Notes under the pieces: model-generated
What the model was told of the DNA's origin: nothing
Databases searched by the model: none
What the model saw: only the letters and a program-made list of their open reading frames with translations
Part shown: positions 27,729 to 39,763 of the stretch, piece by piece
Position numbering within the stretch: the stretch's first letter is position 1
Layout of the letters: the number at the start of each line of letters is the position of its first letter
Source: Octopus vulgaris
Lineage: Eukaryota
DNA: 64,000 nt
Assembly (NCBI GenBank): GCA_951406725.2
Contig: OX597818.1
Coordinates: forward strand, 125,612,001-125,676,000
Reading direction: 5' to 3'
Translations under genes and position numbers: made by a program

Positions 27729-28539
27729 TGTATGATTTATTAATTAAATATGTTCTGTTAGAATATTATACACTGAATTTATAATGAGTGCTCTTTTTAT
27801 AAAATGTCAAAAATATTAATATTATTATAAAGTATTTAGACATTACTCCGAACGATTATAAATACAGTATTTGAAATAATAGCATGAAATTCAATATCAA
27901 AAAAATTACTCACGAAGATATCTATGTCTAAAATAGTTTTGTATTAAAAATATATGTAAATATATGAAATAGGACAGCTTTAAAATTTGTTAATTAATGC
28001 ATCTTACGGTTGTTTTACGAAAGTATTGTTATTATAATGGAATCCATTGTTGATACACATTCATAGATAATACTTTCGCTCGTCAGAGATGGAGAAGATA
28101 AAGTTTTTAGAATAGATCGAATGTTGTTTCAACATTAGAAAAAATATGAGAAAGTATTTTTGAAAAACAGATTAAAATTTACAGGTTTGGGTTTATGCAG
28201 GTCGACTTTGGTAATAAAATTAAAAATTTGTGTCTATATCCTTGGTAAGTTCGTCTCAGTAATCCATGACTGGTTTTGATTAATGCAGATAGACTTTGGT
28301 AAGAAAATTTTGAGTTTGCATATATATATCCTTGTTAAATTCGTGATAATTTGTGTTAAATTTATGATAAATTTGTGTAAACAGTACCTTATCCTGCATT
28401 CCATATTTGAGATGTAGAATTATTTTTCATTTTCCATGAAGGATATACATAGATAAAGACAATACAATTAAATCGAATTATTTGACATTTAATATGCGGA
28501 TGGGGTCATTTAGAAAATTTACTGAATTTATAATGATAG

Positions 28540-29130
28540 CGATCCTGAAAGTTCTTCCCTTCCGTCATCAATGAGTTTGCCGAGTTCTTCCTCGCCTTTT
28601 CCTTGTTTTTAAAGTAGACATCGACAGTGCCATATCGGCTTCCTCTGGCAAGATATTTAATATCTTGCCAGATTGGCCTCAATACCTTTTCTATCACATC
28701 CGTAGGTTCACTTTCAATTCTTTTTTCTTTTACTGAGTAAACATTATAGACTCTCTTCTTTTCTTCTATGTTTCTCATAACGTCCTGCGGTGGTGACAAT
28801 TTCCCGTCACCACCTTCTCTGTTTAACATCTTTTTCAAAATTTCTTAAGTTTCTTAAGTTTTTCAGATTTACCTCTTTCTTAGGGATCTCCGTCACCTCT
28901 GCGAAACACAAATGACGATAATTCTGATGACACCTCTGACCCGCTTAGGTCTGAATAAAACGTGTTCTTTTTTTTTTAAGATTTAGCCATCTCTCCTCAA
29001 ATGTGGAGAGACTGCACAAACACAAAAACCGCTGCAAAGCAATACAAAACGTTCAAATGTTATTGAAGAACACCGGCACTTAACAAACCAATACAACTTA
29101 CAACGACTTACAAAAACCACGATATTTCAC
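28540..29130 (-). mobile_element. Possible LINE 5' region / ORF1 fragment (L1/Tx1-like)
   Basis: Non-repetitive, K/E-rich ORF 28506-28838 with RRM-like spacing (IKYLARGSRYGTVDVYF). No splice signals. Family call is weak. Confidence 0.35.
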
Positions 29131-29429
29131 ATGTAGAAGGTTGATTCTGGTGGTCAAAAGTATTAGTATTAAATTTTTATTTGTATAACAGGAAGATACC
29201 AATTTAAATTTTAAATTATATTTTTTTTACAACTGTAAAAGTCTATTTATTGTAGGTTAAATGTGTACGGGTTCAAATTCTAAGAAAACCGATTTATCAA
29301 TCGTTTAATGTATAATATATGTCGTGTAAATATGTTTATGGTCAAAAATATTTTAATTACTATATCTACCAATCTATTTATAATTATTTCCTTGTTTTGA
29401 TATCGTTACTATAAATGATAAGTAATAGA

Positions 29430-29735
29430 CACTAATGTAAATCTTTATTGTATCTTTTATAATATTTAAAAGTTTTATAGAGTTTATGTCTTCATGTTGA
29501 AAACAATTCTGATTGACAATTTATTAAGTTCTTTAGACTATACAGTAAAATATATAGTGATTCCTTTGTATAGAGACAGCAAATATGTGTAAATGGTGCA
29601 GCAGAATCTATTATTGACCAATATAATCTATAGTTAACTTTATTTTGTAACAATTTATGTATGTAGGTAGCTAATGAATTATTATTACTAGTTATGTAAG
29701 GCTTAAAGGAATGTATGTGTGCTAAAAATCTTACA
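29430..29735 (-). mobile_element. Naiad-like PLE GIY-YIG C-terminal fragment
   Basis: RFLAHIHSF..NSLATYIHKL..YRLYWSII..CCLYTKE..NLINCQSELFST*RHK, homologous to the 44430-44760 fragment. Confidence 0.7.
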
Positions 29736-30181
29736 TTTAATAGAACGTAAAGTAGTGTAGTCATTCTATCTATGTGTGTATGTATTTGTATATGTGTGTG
29801 TGCGTGTGTGTTTGTTTGTGTGTGTGCGCACATGTGTACATATAACAATGGGGAAATTGCCTGATGAGGACTGTCAGTATCACAGTTAGGATATGAGGTG
29901 GTTCAAAGCACAGTTAATTAATTAAAATGATACCCTCCTAGGTTCAAGAAGCAGGAGACTTTTGTTAATATAATTCCGAGTTATCGCCAGTTGTAACAAC
30001 ATGAAATCTTTTTTATTCGCAAACGGTGGTATCAAATGTAATTCTGCTAAACCTCTCTGTCGTAATAAAACATCACTAAAATTTAATGTCTTTCGCTTGT
30101 TTTAATGTTGTTCGAAACTAAACACACAGATGTTACAGAACATATTGTATTATTGGTATATATATATGTTTATACATACAT

Positions 30182-30247
<66 letters not shown>

Positions 30248-30320
30248 ATTTATACGTAAATATGTATGTATAAACATATATACATACATATACATCTACA
30301 TATACATAGATGCATACATA

Positions 30321-30360
<40 letters not shown>

Positions 30361-30403
30361 TACATACATGTACTTATATTAAAGTATATATACATATATA
30401 TAT

Positions 30404-30451
<48 letters not shown>

Positions 30452-30730
30452 TGTGGGTGTAAGTATGCATACAAATATTAGATGTTTGAAATATCACATG
30501 CAAGAACAAATTTCTTATAGGCATGCAGTAGTGAAATATGTTTATCATATAAGTACTACTTAAGTTTAAGTAAGAGATATTTCACCATATTGTGTTAACC
30601 TGTGCTATGGTGTTGGCCCATATTTACTATTTTTTATATATATTTCATTATACTCTTTTGTTTACAATTACTGGACAGTAGCCCAAGCTAGAGCACCCTT
30701 ATGGACGTTACGACTACTTAATCGTCCTCC
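29731..30730 (+). repeat. Block B of the inverted duplication (partner 39227-40230)
   Basis: E.g. GGGGAAATTGCCTGATGAGGACTGTCAG and CCCAAGCTAGAGCACCCTTATGG appear reverse-complemented at ~40090-40115 and ~39253-39275. Confidence 0.9.
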
Positions 30731-30950
30731 ATTAACTTCTCACCACACAGATCACACAGAAAGTCCTGTCTCCTATATATATGTGGAGGCGCAATGGCCC
30801 AGTGGTTAGGGCAGCGGACTTGCAGCTATCTATATATCATACTTGAATATCAGGAATTACTTAACTATGTTATATATTTCCATCGAACTTCAAATATCTG
30901 TAATGCCCATAGATCAAATGGGAAAAATTATGTATACATACATATATATA

Positions 30951-32704
30951 TTTATAATAAAATATTAGGAAATAAATCCAAACTTACAGGGGAAAATCAG
31001 ATTTAGGATTAAATCCAATTTTATAGTATAAATATATTATATTATATTATATTAAATTAGAGATAAAACCACTATTAGGCAAATCAAACAATGAAAAACA
31101 CAAGCCAATACATAAAATTAAGTAATTTATATTATTTTAAATATATATCAAAAGTATTAAAAGTTAAATAAAAGATAAAGATTAAAACACTACGATCGTT
31201 TCATGGCTGTACAATTCGTAATAATTCAAGTTATGGTTACAGTCAATCTTCAGGTTAATTGAAATATCTAAAATATAATCAGAAATATTTAAACAATATT
31301 TTAAAGATATAAGTAATATAATAATTTTATTTATAATAAACTATATTATCAATCTAGAAGCATAAAACTTAACAATTATGATTATATCAAAATCGACTAT
31401 AATATTAAATATTAATGTTAATTTATAAGGTAGGAAACCTACCAATAATCTAATATCGGTATTAGTGTATATCTAATTACATAAATATTTTAAAATGACT
31501 AATATATATAAATTATCAATGAAAATATATAAGTGTATATAAATATTAAGATCTAAAATAATCTCTATAAATAAATATATATGCACATATAATAAAAACC
31601 TAATAAATTAATTTTTCATATTTAAAGATGAAATAGCTAATTTCAAAATACAAATAAACAAACTTAAACGAACTTTCGGAAATCTTATGTAAAATACCTC
31701 TAGAAATAATCAATTCGTAGTAATATAGTATCGAATAAATACTATAAATACTATAAATATAATTATCAATGGGCGTAACTAGCGAATATCAATTTAAAGA
31801 AATAACTAAGTTATGCTATTAAATTAGACATGGCCTGGACCAATCTTTAGTCGAAACATATCTAAGTTTATAAAGGTTATCTAATTTAATTATAAATTTA
31901 AAACTACAATTAATACTATTAAAACATGTATATACAAGAGCCTAACTTAATACACCTCGTATGCTTGCTATCAAATAACAAATCTATCGCTAAGTAGTAT
32001 CTTACGAATAAACTTAAATTTAATATCTAATAATATAGAAAATTACGATAATTAGATCATTACATAAACAACGATATTTACATAAGGAAAATATTATTAC
32101 ACCAAAGACTTATACAATATTAAAATTTACAATTTGAAGATCTTAAATATGAAAAATACTTATCTTAGTGAGGTTTAGCAATGAACTAAAATTTTGAATC
32201 GGAAAACGTCTGTACAGCGTTTATAAGAATACTAGTGGAATTACGTTATTAGCAAAAAAAAAGAAAAAAATTGTTGAAGAATTCATTAAGCGTGAGGAAC
32301 CTACGCTTTATCAATGAGATTGTAAATGGGAAAATTAATGGTTTATCATTGTAAATAGAATGAAGTCACAAATAAAGAATAAAATCTCTCTATACTATAA
32401 TATTTATTAATAAAATAACTATGATAAATAATACTTAATACAAAATAAATTAAATGATTTAAAAGATTAAAAACCACTAATTATTAAATATATTCTAAAA
32501 TCTTATATTATTAATAAATATATTAAAAAAATTATTTATATAGTAACCCCTCATCATACTATAAAGTCTTTCCCATGCTCTTATATTTATAAGCTAAAAT
32601 TTGTGATCATAACCAAATCTATAAATACTTATCAAAATTTGTAGTATAAATATACATACGTATACATAAATATATATATAAAATATACATATATATATAT
32701 ATAC

Positions 32705-32735
<31 letters not shown>

Positions 32736-33165
32736 CATACATATACATATATATACACATCTACACATACATACACACATACATACATATACATATATAC
32801 ACATATATATACACACACATCCACACATACATATATGCACACAATACATACATGTACATACAATACTCAATATATACACATACACCTATGTACACCCACC
32901 CACACACACATACACATAAATAAATGTATATACATATACATATATATACACGCACATCAACATATACACATATATACATACACACACAACCACATATATC
33001 ATAAAAATACATATATAAATATCTATATTCATACTACAATACAAAATAGAGGTAAGTATTAAGTTAAATGTAAATAATTAATCTAGTAATCTATACTTCT
33101 ATATTAAATAAAATAGGTTAAATAAACAACTAAATAAATCTATTTCAAATATAAATATATATATA
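30951..33165 (-). mobile_element. Non-coding PLE-related insertion in (TA)n with a partly degenerate HHR (31260-31185)
   Basis: 30955-31135 aligns with the reverse complement of the pLTR at 46470-46650. Minus strand: AC-CTGAAGA-TTGACTGTA..TACAGCCAT-GAA-ACGATCGT-A-GT. Absent from the inverted partner block. Confidence 0.7.
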
Positions 33166-33169
33166 TAAA

Positions 33170-33414
33170 GTGGCGAATACACGTTATAAGTATCGCCGCC
33201 ATCTATTAAAAGATGGCAAGCAATAATATTTGCAAAAGAAGTTTGAAACCATGGTATAACCGTTATATAACAAGGTAAAGATTTTTATTTTATATTTACT
33301 TCGAAATTTGCTATAAAGTTGTGGTTTTTGGCCTTGTTGGCTGCTTATTTCTAGCATGTAAAAATTACCTCTGAAAGGGTAATTTTCTATTTTCAAATAC
33401 ATACATACATACAT

Positions 33415-33488
<74 letters not shown>

Positions 33489-34640
33489 TTTATAGAAGGT
33501 GCTTCTACAGGACTAGAACTGTTTCATTCAAATGAAATCATCAGGAGGCTTCCTGATGATTTCATTTGAATGAAACAGTTCTAGACCTGTAGAAGCTCCT
33601 TCTATAAAATAAATTAATTTACTCTGCTATGTATTGAGTACCTTATTTACTGTGGTTAACCCCGACTCAACCCAGGACCTCTCTTCCTCTGAAAAAAATT
33701 TCCATAAGGCAGCCTTTAGTAAAATAATGTCCAGATTACAGAAATCTCATCTATCCGAGCCCGAACAAGAATCAAATTTACAAATATACAATATACAATT
33801 ATATGGTTTGCCCGTTTCTTTCTCTTTAAATGCTAGAACTAATGTAGGCAATAAATTCTTGGTACTGATAGATACTTATTTCCCCAATAGTCTTAGATAT
33901 AGGCAAATTTTTAATAGTCGTTCAATGAAGGTTGCCTACAGCTGCAAATCGTATACGAAAACCATTACTTCACATAGGTCAACCAAGATTCTTAGTCTAG
34001 ACCATAACTTCAGGATCCCACTCACATACACACTAGGCCGGACATGCATAGGTAGATCAATTATCTACAACGCCGAAGTTGCCTCCGTTCTGCAAAGTAG
34101 CGAAATCAAACCAACATACTGGATTATGTAAAAGTGACTTCAAAAAAATATGCTTCAACTATGAGTCCTCTCCTAGATATGTTGACTCGAAGAATAGCAC
34201 AGAGCTCGCATGTCACATCTGAAAGTTGGAAGATGGCAATATACCATACACCATTGAGAGGAACCTCTAGAAAATGAAGGACATATGTCAGCAGCTCGAT
34301 CTGTATGTTGAAACAGGGCATATCACCTAATTAGAACGAAGAAATATACCGTCTTCCAAACCTGAATTCGGAAATATTTACAAGACGTATACATATCGTC
34401 AAATTCCTGTTGTCATACTGGAGGACACCTACCTCACCGGGTGAGATACACTAATAAACAAACTTTATCCTTTAAATTAACACTTCTAGTTGAAGATTTC
34501 TGCATTCTCTATATGATATTTAATTCCTCAGATAAACGTTATACCCTCAAACGTTAACGGTATTCTTACTTTCAGCTCTTACATTTAATAGAACGTAAAG
34601 TAGTGTAGTCAATCTATCTATGTGTGTATGTATTTGTATA
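33170..34640 (+). mobile_element. Block A: decayed Naiad-like PLE 3' half (duplicate of 40170-41470)
   Basis: FSLNARTNVGNKFLVLIDTYFP..RQIFNSRSMKVAYSC, IIYNAEV, STELACHI*KL. Near-identical inverted copy. Confidence 0.85.
33483..33614. ncRNA. Palindrome of two oppositely oriented hammerheads sharing a central stem-I strand
   Basis: Plus: GCTTC-CTGATGA-TTTCATTTGAAT-GAA-ACAG TTCTAGAC CTGT-A-GAAGC (33548-33596). The mirror copy reads on the minus strand from 33552 to ~33500. Confidence 0.85.
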
Positions 34641-34665
34641 TGTGTGTGTGTGTGTGTGTGTTTGT

Positions 34666-34709
<44 letters not shown>

Positions 34710-34732
34710 GTGTGCGTGTGTGTGCGTGTGTG

Positions 34733-35545
34733 TACGAAGTCTGTTCCAAAAATTTAGAGACTTTTTTGTGAGGGGCAGTTATAACTGTGCTAGGTTTTTG
34801 TAATTTTAATATATCATTACTGTACATCTAATACGCTGATGCATCAAATTTTGTTTTTCCAGATTGAAGGAGACGGATACACTGCCGTACACTACTTGTT
34901 ATAGCTGAATAGTTGGCAGAATGCAGTCGGGATGTGTAAACAGTTTGGAAGCGCGCTACGAGTTTTGTGTTAAACGAGGCAAAAACGCTAAGAAGCTTAT
35001 GAACTGCTCTAGCCTGCTTAATCATTAACATATATTGGCCGAGTATCTGTTTTTCTCTGCCACAAGCGGCCCGGCAAAGTAAGTCTACCGGAAAGCTCAT
35101 CATGATCCCCGTTTTTGGTACTAAAGGCATCGTCTACCTCCACTGGGTTCTCCCTAGTTAGACGGTTCTCAAAATGATATTGAAATTTCGTTGCAAAAGG
35201 CCAGAAAACCTGTACCAGGGGAAGCACAAGTCCGCAATTCTATCTTGGTAACCAACTACTTGACAAAAACAGTCCCTAACCAGCCATACGTTCCAAACCT
35301 TGTCCTCTTTGACTTTTAGTTATTCTCCAAGCTGATTGATATGAAGAAGGAAGTTGTGACAAGGGTCCTGCGCACCTTCACTATGGAGGATTCCCGAGCG
35401 GCCTTCACGAAGGGACTGGATTGCTACAAGAGATACATTGAAATCAGAGGATGCTACTTCGAAGGAAATTAGAGTTTTATACCTCTTTGAAATGAATAAA
35501 TGTCTTTCTTGAAAAAGTCTCAAAACTACTGGAATACATCTTGCA
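34733..35545 (+). mobile_element. Decayed mariner-like element
   Basis: Imperfect TIRs TACGAAGTCTGTTCCAAAAATTTAGAGACTTTTT / AAAAAGTCTCAAAACTACTGGAATACATCTTGCA. Residual KGIVYLHWV, QPYVPNLVLFDF and YIEIRGCYFEG motifs. Confidence 0.7.
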
Positions 35546-35701
35546 ACATAACAGATTTTTCCGTCTTATTTTATATTATATCATATTATAACATATCATA
35601 TTACATTAAATTATGTTATGAGATATTATATTATATTATATTATATACACGTACATTTTTGTGTGCGTATCTGTTTGTTTGTGAGGGAATGTATAAATCT
35701 A

Positions 35702-35760
<59 letters not shown>

Positions 35761-36038
35761 AATATTAGTATATTAATATTTACTCCGAAACTTTTAACAA
35801 GTTTTCACAAGGAAAAGTTTCCATGTAACTGTCAGAATTACCTGTAAAAAATCAAAAAATCTGTTAGTCTACTGAAAACAACTGGGTGATGATTCATTGT
35901 AATGTTCAACTGTTTGTGTATAACTTTACATTCGCATGTATACATACGCACACACACACACACACATATTTATATGTATATAATCACATATATACGTATA
36001 TAAATGTATATATATATATATATATACATACGTATTTT

Positions 36039-36648
36039 AATCAATTTAGTTTAGCAAAAAATTCAATAGAAATTATTTTGCCACCAGCGGTCTAGTGAGA
36101 AAGAGGAAATAGTCAGAGACTATTAATAAATTCGACAACAACTGAGGAACGGCTACAATAGGCCGTTCGACCCACTAGAAATAGCAGCCAGGGCTCCAAC
36201 CGCAAATAGTAGTAATTCCGAAATCAGAGGAAAAATTTTAAAAAAACATTTACCCTGATCTTCTTTAGACAATGCATTGTTTCGGCGTTTTTTAATGGTA
36301 AACCAGCCTGATTAAATTAAATTAAACTTAATCAAGTCAATCTTCCAAAAGGCCAACGCGCTCATCAGTAAAGGAGCCAGAAGGGACAGAAATTACACGA
36401 GGCAGCTACCTTCATGCCTCGGTAATATCTGACCTAAAATTTTCAAAATCATCGTACTCGCGCCAACTTATCGGCAGCAAATATAAACTGCCGATTCAAT
36501 TTCGGAATTAATCAGAAAATTATCAATTAATCAATTTAGGGTAGCAAAAAATTCAATAGAAATTATTTTGCCACCAGCGGTCTAGTGAGAAAGAGGAAAT
36601 AGTCAGAGACTATTAATAAATTCAACAATTGAGGAACGGCTACAATAG
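36039..36648 (-). repeat. ~490-bp HHR-containing unit in partial tandem (~120-bp direct repeats 36039-36161 / 36529-36648)
   Basis: TAGCAAAAAATTCAATAGAAATTATTTTGCCACCAGCGG..GGCTACAATAG occurs twice. Confidence 0.85.
36260..36376 (-). ncRNA. Canonical type-I hammerhead with long stem II
   Basis: Minus: CTTTA-CTGATGA-GCGCGTT..(~65 nt)..AACGCC-GAA-ACAATGCATTGT-C-TAAAG. 12-nt palindromic stem III, GUC site. Confidence 0.85.
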
Positions 36649-36755
36649 TAAAACGTGAAAAAACTACAGAAGGCTTGTTTTAAAAGGTTAAAAAATATAT
36701 TTGAGACATTATATCAGAAGAATGTTATAAAATTTTTTTCATACAGTGACATAGT

Positions 36756-36803
36756 TTTTGAAGAAACTACCGGTTTCGTGTTAACTTTTCAAATTTCTCA
36801 AAA
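36756..36803 (-). ncRNA. Minimal HHR (U3-A8) in the Penelope 3' region
   Basis: Reverse complement of 38766-38813. Confidence 0.8.
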
Positions 36804-38765
36804 CATCGTGTTATGTCTTCGTTATGAAGTGTAAAAAAGAGTTCCAGGTAAGGGGAGGTAATAAGTGATTTCTTCCGGTGTAAGGGAGATAATAGCTTTA
36901 TATTTCTTGTCCCTTTTATTTAATGGGGTGAGTTTCTCTGTATAAGAATGTTAGAGCGGTTAAGTTTGGGCTTATATTTTTCAATGAAGAATGTTTCCTT
37001 GTTTAGTCTAATTTGTGTTGGTGTTCCAATAGCACATTGATAAAATGGAAAGATTAAAAATTGTGGTAGTAGTTGCTTTGCGCATTTCTCAATAAGCTCA
37101 CTAAAGGGTATCATTCTGTATTCTGGGAATGCAATCTGTTGTCGATGCAGTGTGCATCTACGTCTGAGTGATAGTCCCCTGGACCCCACGTAGTTTTGGT
37201 GGCAGCCCGACCATCTTATGACATAAATTATGTTTTCAGAAGCACAAGTAAAATTAGATTTGATCTTGAATTTTTGTCCCTCTTTGAAGAGGAATTCTGA
37301 TCCTACTAGAAGGTTTGGGCATGTTGCGCAGTTTGGTCTACCATATTTTTTTTTACTTTTGCATCCGTAATTTCAGAAAACAATTTTGCCTTTGTGAGAA
37401 TCTTTTCAAGTGATTTAGGTTGTTTGTAGCTTTTAATGATTTTATGTATGTTTAGAATTTCCTTTAATTTGGGGTCCTTATGAAGTATTGGTAAATTCTG
37501 GGTGATGATGGAGAAAACTTCTCTGTTTCTGGGGTTGTATGTGGATATGTAAGGCAGTATTTTCAGGGAAGGTGTGTTGTTGTGTTGAACTTTTCTCAAA
37601 GTTTCCATGTCGATTTCTGTTGCACGTCTGATCCCATCCTCTATGAGTTGAGCTGTGTAGTGCCTGTCAATTAGGGTGTTTTTGAGTTCTTGTAGTCTAA
37701 AGTTCCTGGTATTTTGTTCTGACACTAATGTGCATATTCTTCTTACAAGGTTGAAAGGTATGTTTGTTTTAGTGTGTCTTGGGTGGCATGAATCAAAAAG
37801 TAGGTATTGTTTAGCGTATGTGGCTTTGTAAAAAATGTCTGTTTCTATTTTAAGGTTAATTTTTTTAATTAGTATATCGAAGAATGGAAGCTCCTTTTGG
37901 TTGTATTCCATTGTGAACTGTATATTTGGGTTGATGCTGTTCAATAGGTTTTTGAATTTTAGGAGTTTATCTGTGTTTTCATTCCAGAGTATAAAACAAT
38001 CGTCCAGGAATCGTTTCCAATTCTCTTTTATGTATTGAGAGAGTGGGTTTCCAAAGGTCGATAAAGATTCCTGGTAAACAATTATTTCCAGATAGCCCAA
38101 ATTAAAGGAAATTCTAAACATACATAAAATTATTAAAAGCTACAAACAACCTAAATCACTTAAAAAGATTCTCACAAAGGCAAAATTGTTTCCTGAAATT
38201 ACGGATGCAAAAGTAAAAAAAAATATGGTAGACCAAACTGCGCAACATGCCCAAACCTTCTAGTAGGATCAGAATTCCTCTTCAAAGAGGGACAAAAATT
38301 CAAGATCAAATCTAATTTTACTCGTGCTTCTGAAAACATAATTTATGTCATAAGATGGTCGGGCTGCCACCAAAACTACGTGGGGTCCACGGGACTATCA
38401 CTCAGACGTAGATGCACACTGCATCGACAACAGATTGCATTCCCAGAATACAGAATGATACCCTTTAGTGAGCTTATTGAGAAATGCGCAAAGCAACTAC
38501 TACCACAATTTTTAATCTTTCCATTTTATCAATGTGCTATTGGAACACCAACACAAATTAGACTAAACAAGGAAACATTCTTCATTGAAAAATATAAGCC
38601 CAAACTTAACCGCTCTAACATTCTTATACAGAGAAACTCACCCCATTAAATAAAAGGGACAAGAAATATAAAGCTATTATCTCCCTTACACCGGAAGAAA
38701 TCACTTATTACCTCCCCTTACCTGGAACTCTTTTTTACACTTCATAACGAAGACATAACACGATG

Positions 38766-38813
38766 TTTTGAGAAATTTGAAAAGTTAACACGAAACCGGT
38801 AATTTCTTCAAAA
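38766..38813 (+). ncRNA. Minimal HHR (U3-A8) in the inverted Penelope arm
   Basis: TTTTGAGAAAT-TTGAAAA-GT TAAC AC-GAA-ACCGGT-A-ATTTCTTCAAAA. Confidence 0.85.
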
Positions 38814-39226
38814 TCTATGTCACTGTATGAAAAAATTTTATAACATTCTTCTGACATAATGACTCAAATATATTTTTTAACCTTTTAAAACAAGCCTTCT
38901 GTAGCTTTTTCACTTTTTACTATTTTCTATATATTCAACCACGTGTTTTCACACACCAACTTTCTCACCTATATATATATATATATACATACATATATAA
39001 ATATATACATATATATATATGTATGTATATATGTATGTATATACGTATATATATACGTATATATATATATGTATGTATATATATATATATATATATACAT
39101 ACATACATAGATTACTTGTATTATAATATAGTGGACATAGAAACTGGAGTAATATCCAGCATGGGATCATTTTTCAAAAGGGTTTTACAACAATCTATTT
39201 AGGATCATTCATTCCTATATTTAAAC

Positions 39227-39505
39227 GGAGGACGATTAAGTAGTCGTAACGACCATAAGGGTGCTCTAGCTTGGGCTACTGTCCAGTAATTGTAAACAAA
39301 AGAGTATAATGAAATATATATAAAATATAGTGAATATGGTCCAACAACATAGTGCGGGTTAATACAAAATGGTGAAATATCTCTTACTTAAACTTAAGTA
39401 GTACTTATATGATAAACATATTTCACTACTGCGTGCCTATAAGAAACTTGTTCTTGCATGTGATATTTCAAACATCTAATATTTGTATGCAAGCTTACAC
39501 CCCCA

Positions 39506-39593
<88 letters not shown>

Positions 39594-39619
39594 TTTAATA
39601 TAGTTATATGTATGAATAA

Positions 39620-39655
<36 letters not shown>

Positions 39656-39710
39656 GTATGTATGTATATGTAGATGTATATGTTTGTATGTATATATGTT
39701 TATACATACA

Positions 39711-39763
<53 letters not shown>

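Larger units (their letters stand above)
36644..38924 (-). mobile_element. 5'-truncated Neptune-like Penelope element with inverted duplication of its 3' ~830 bp
   Basis: ORF 37306-38121 has WKRFLDDCF, QFTME, LPFFDILI, SCHPRHTK. Then a CATC Zn linker and GIY-YIG (NIIYVI..YVGST..R..H). Arms are 36644-37473 and 38096-38924. Confidence 0.95.

Noticed and set aside
29855-29905. CTGATGA-GGACTG..CAGTT hammerhead-like start (also ~40060-40110 minus)
   Set aside because: No GAAA, stem III or stem I partner follows. At best a dead relic.
34225-34240. TGA in the Naiad-like copy (TELACHI*KL) as selenocysteine
   Set aside because: It aligns to a conserved Trp (TGG to TGA decay), not Cys.
36140-36175. 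CTGAGGA-ACGGC..GCCGT hairpin resembling an HHR on plus
   Set aside because: Followed by TCGAC rather than GAAA, and no stem I or III.
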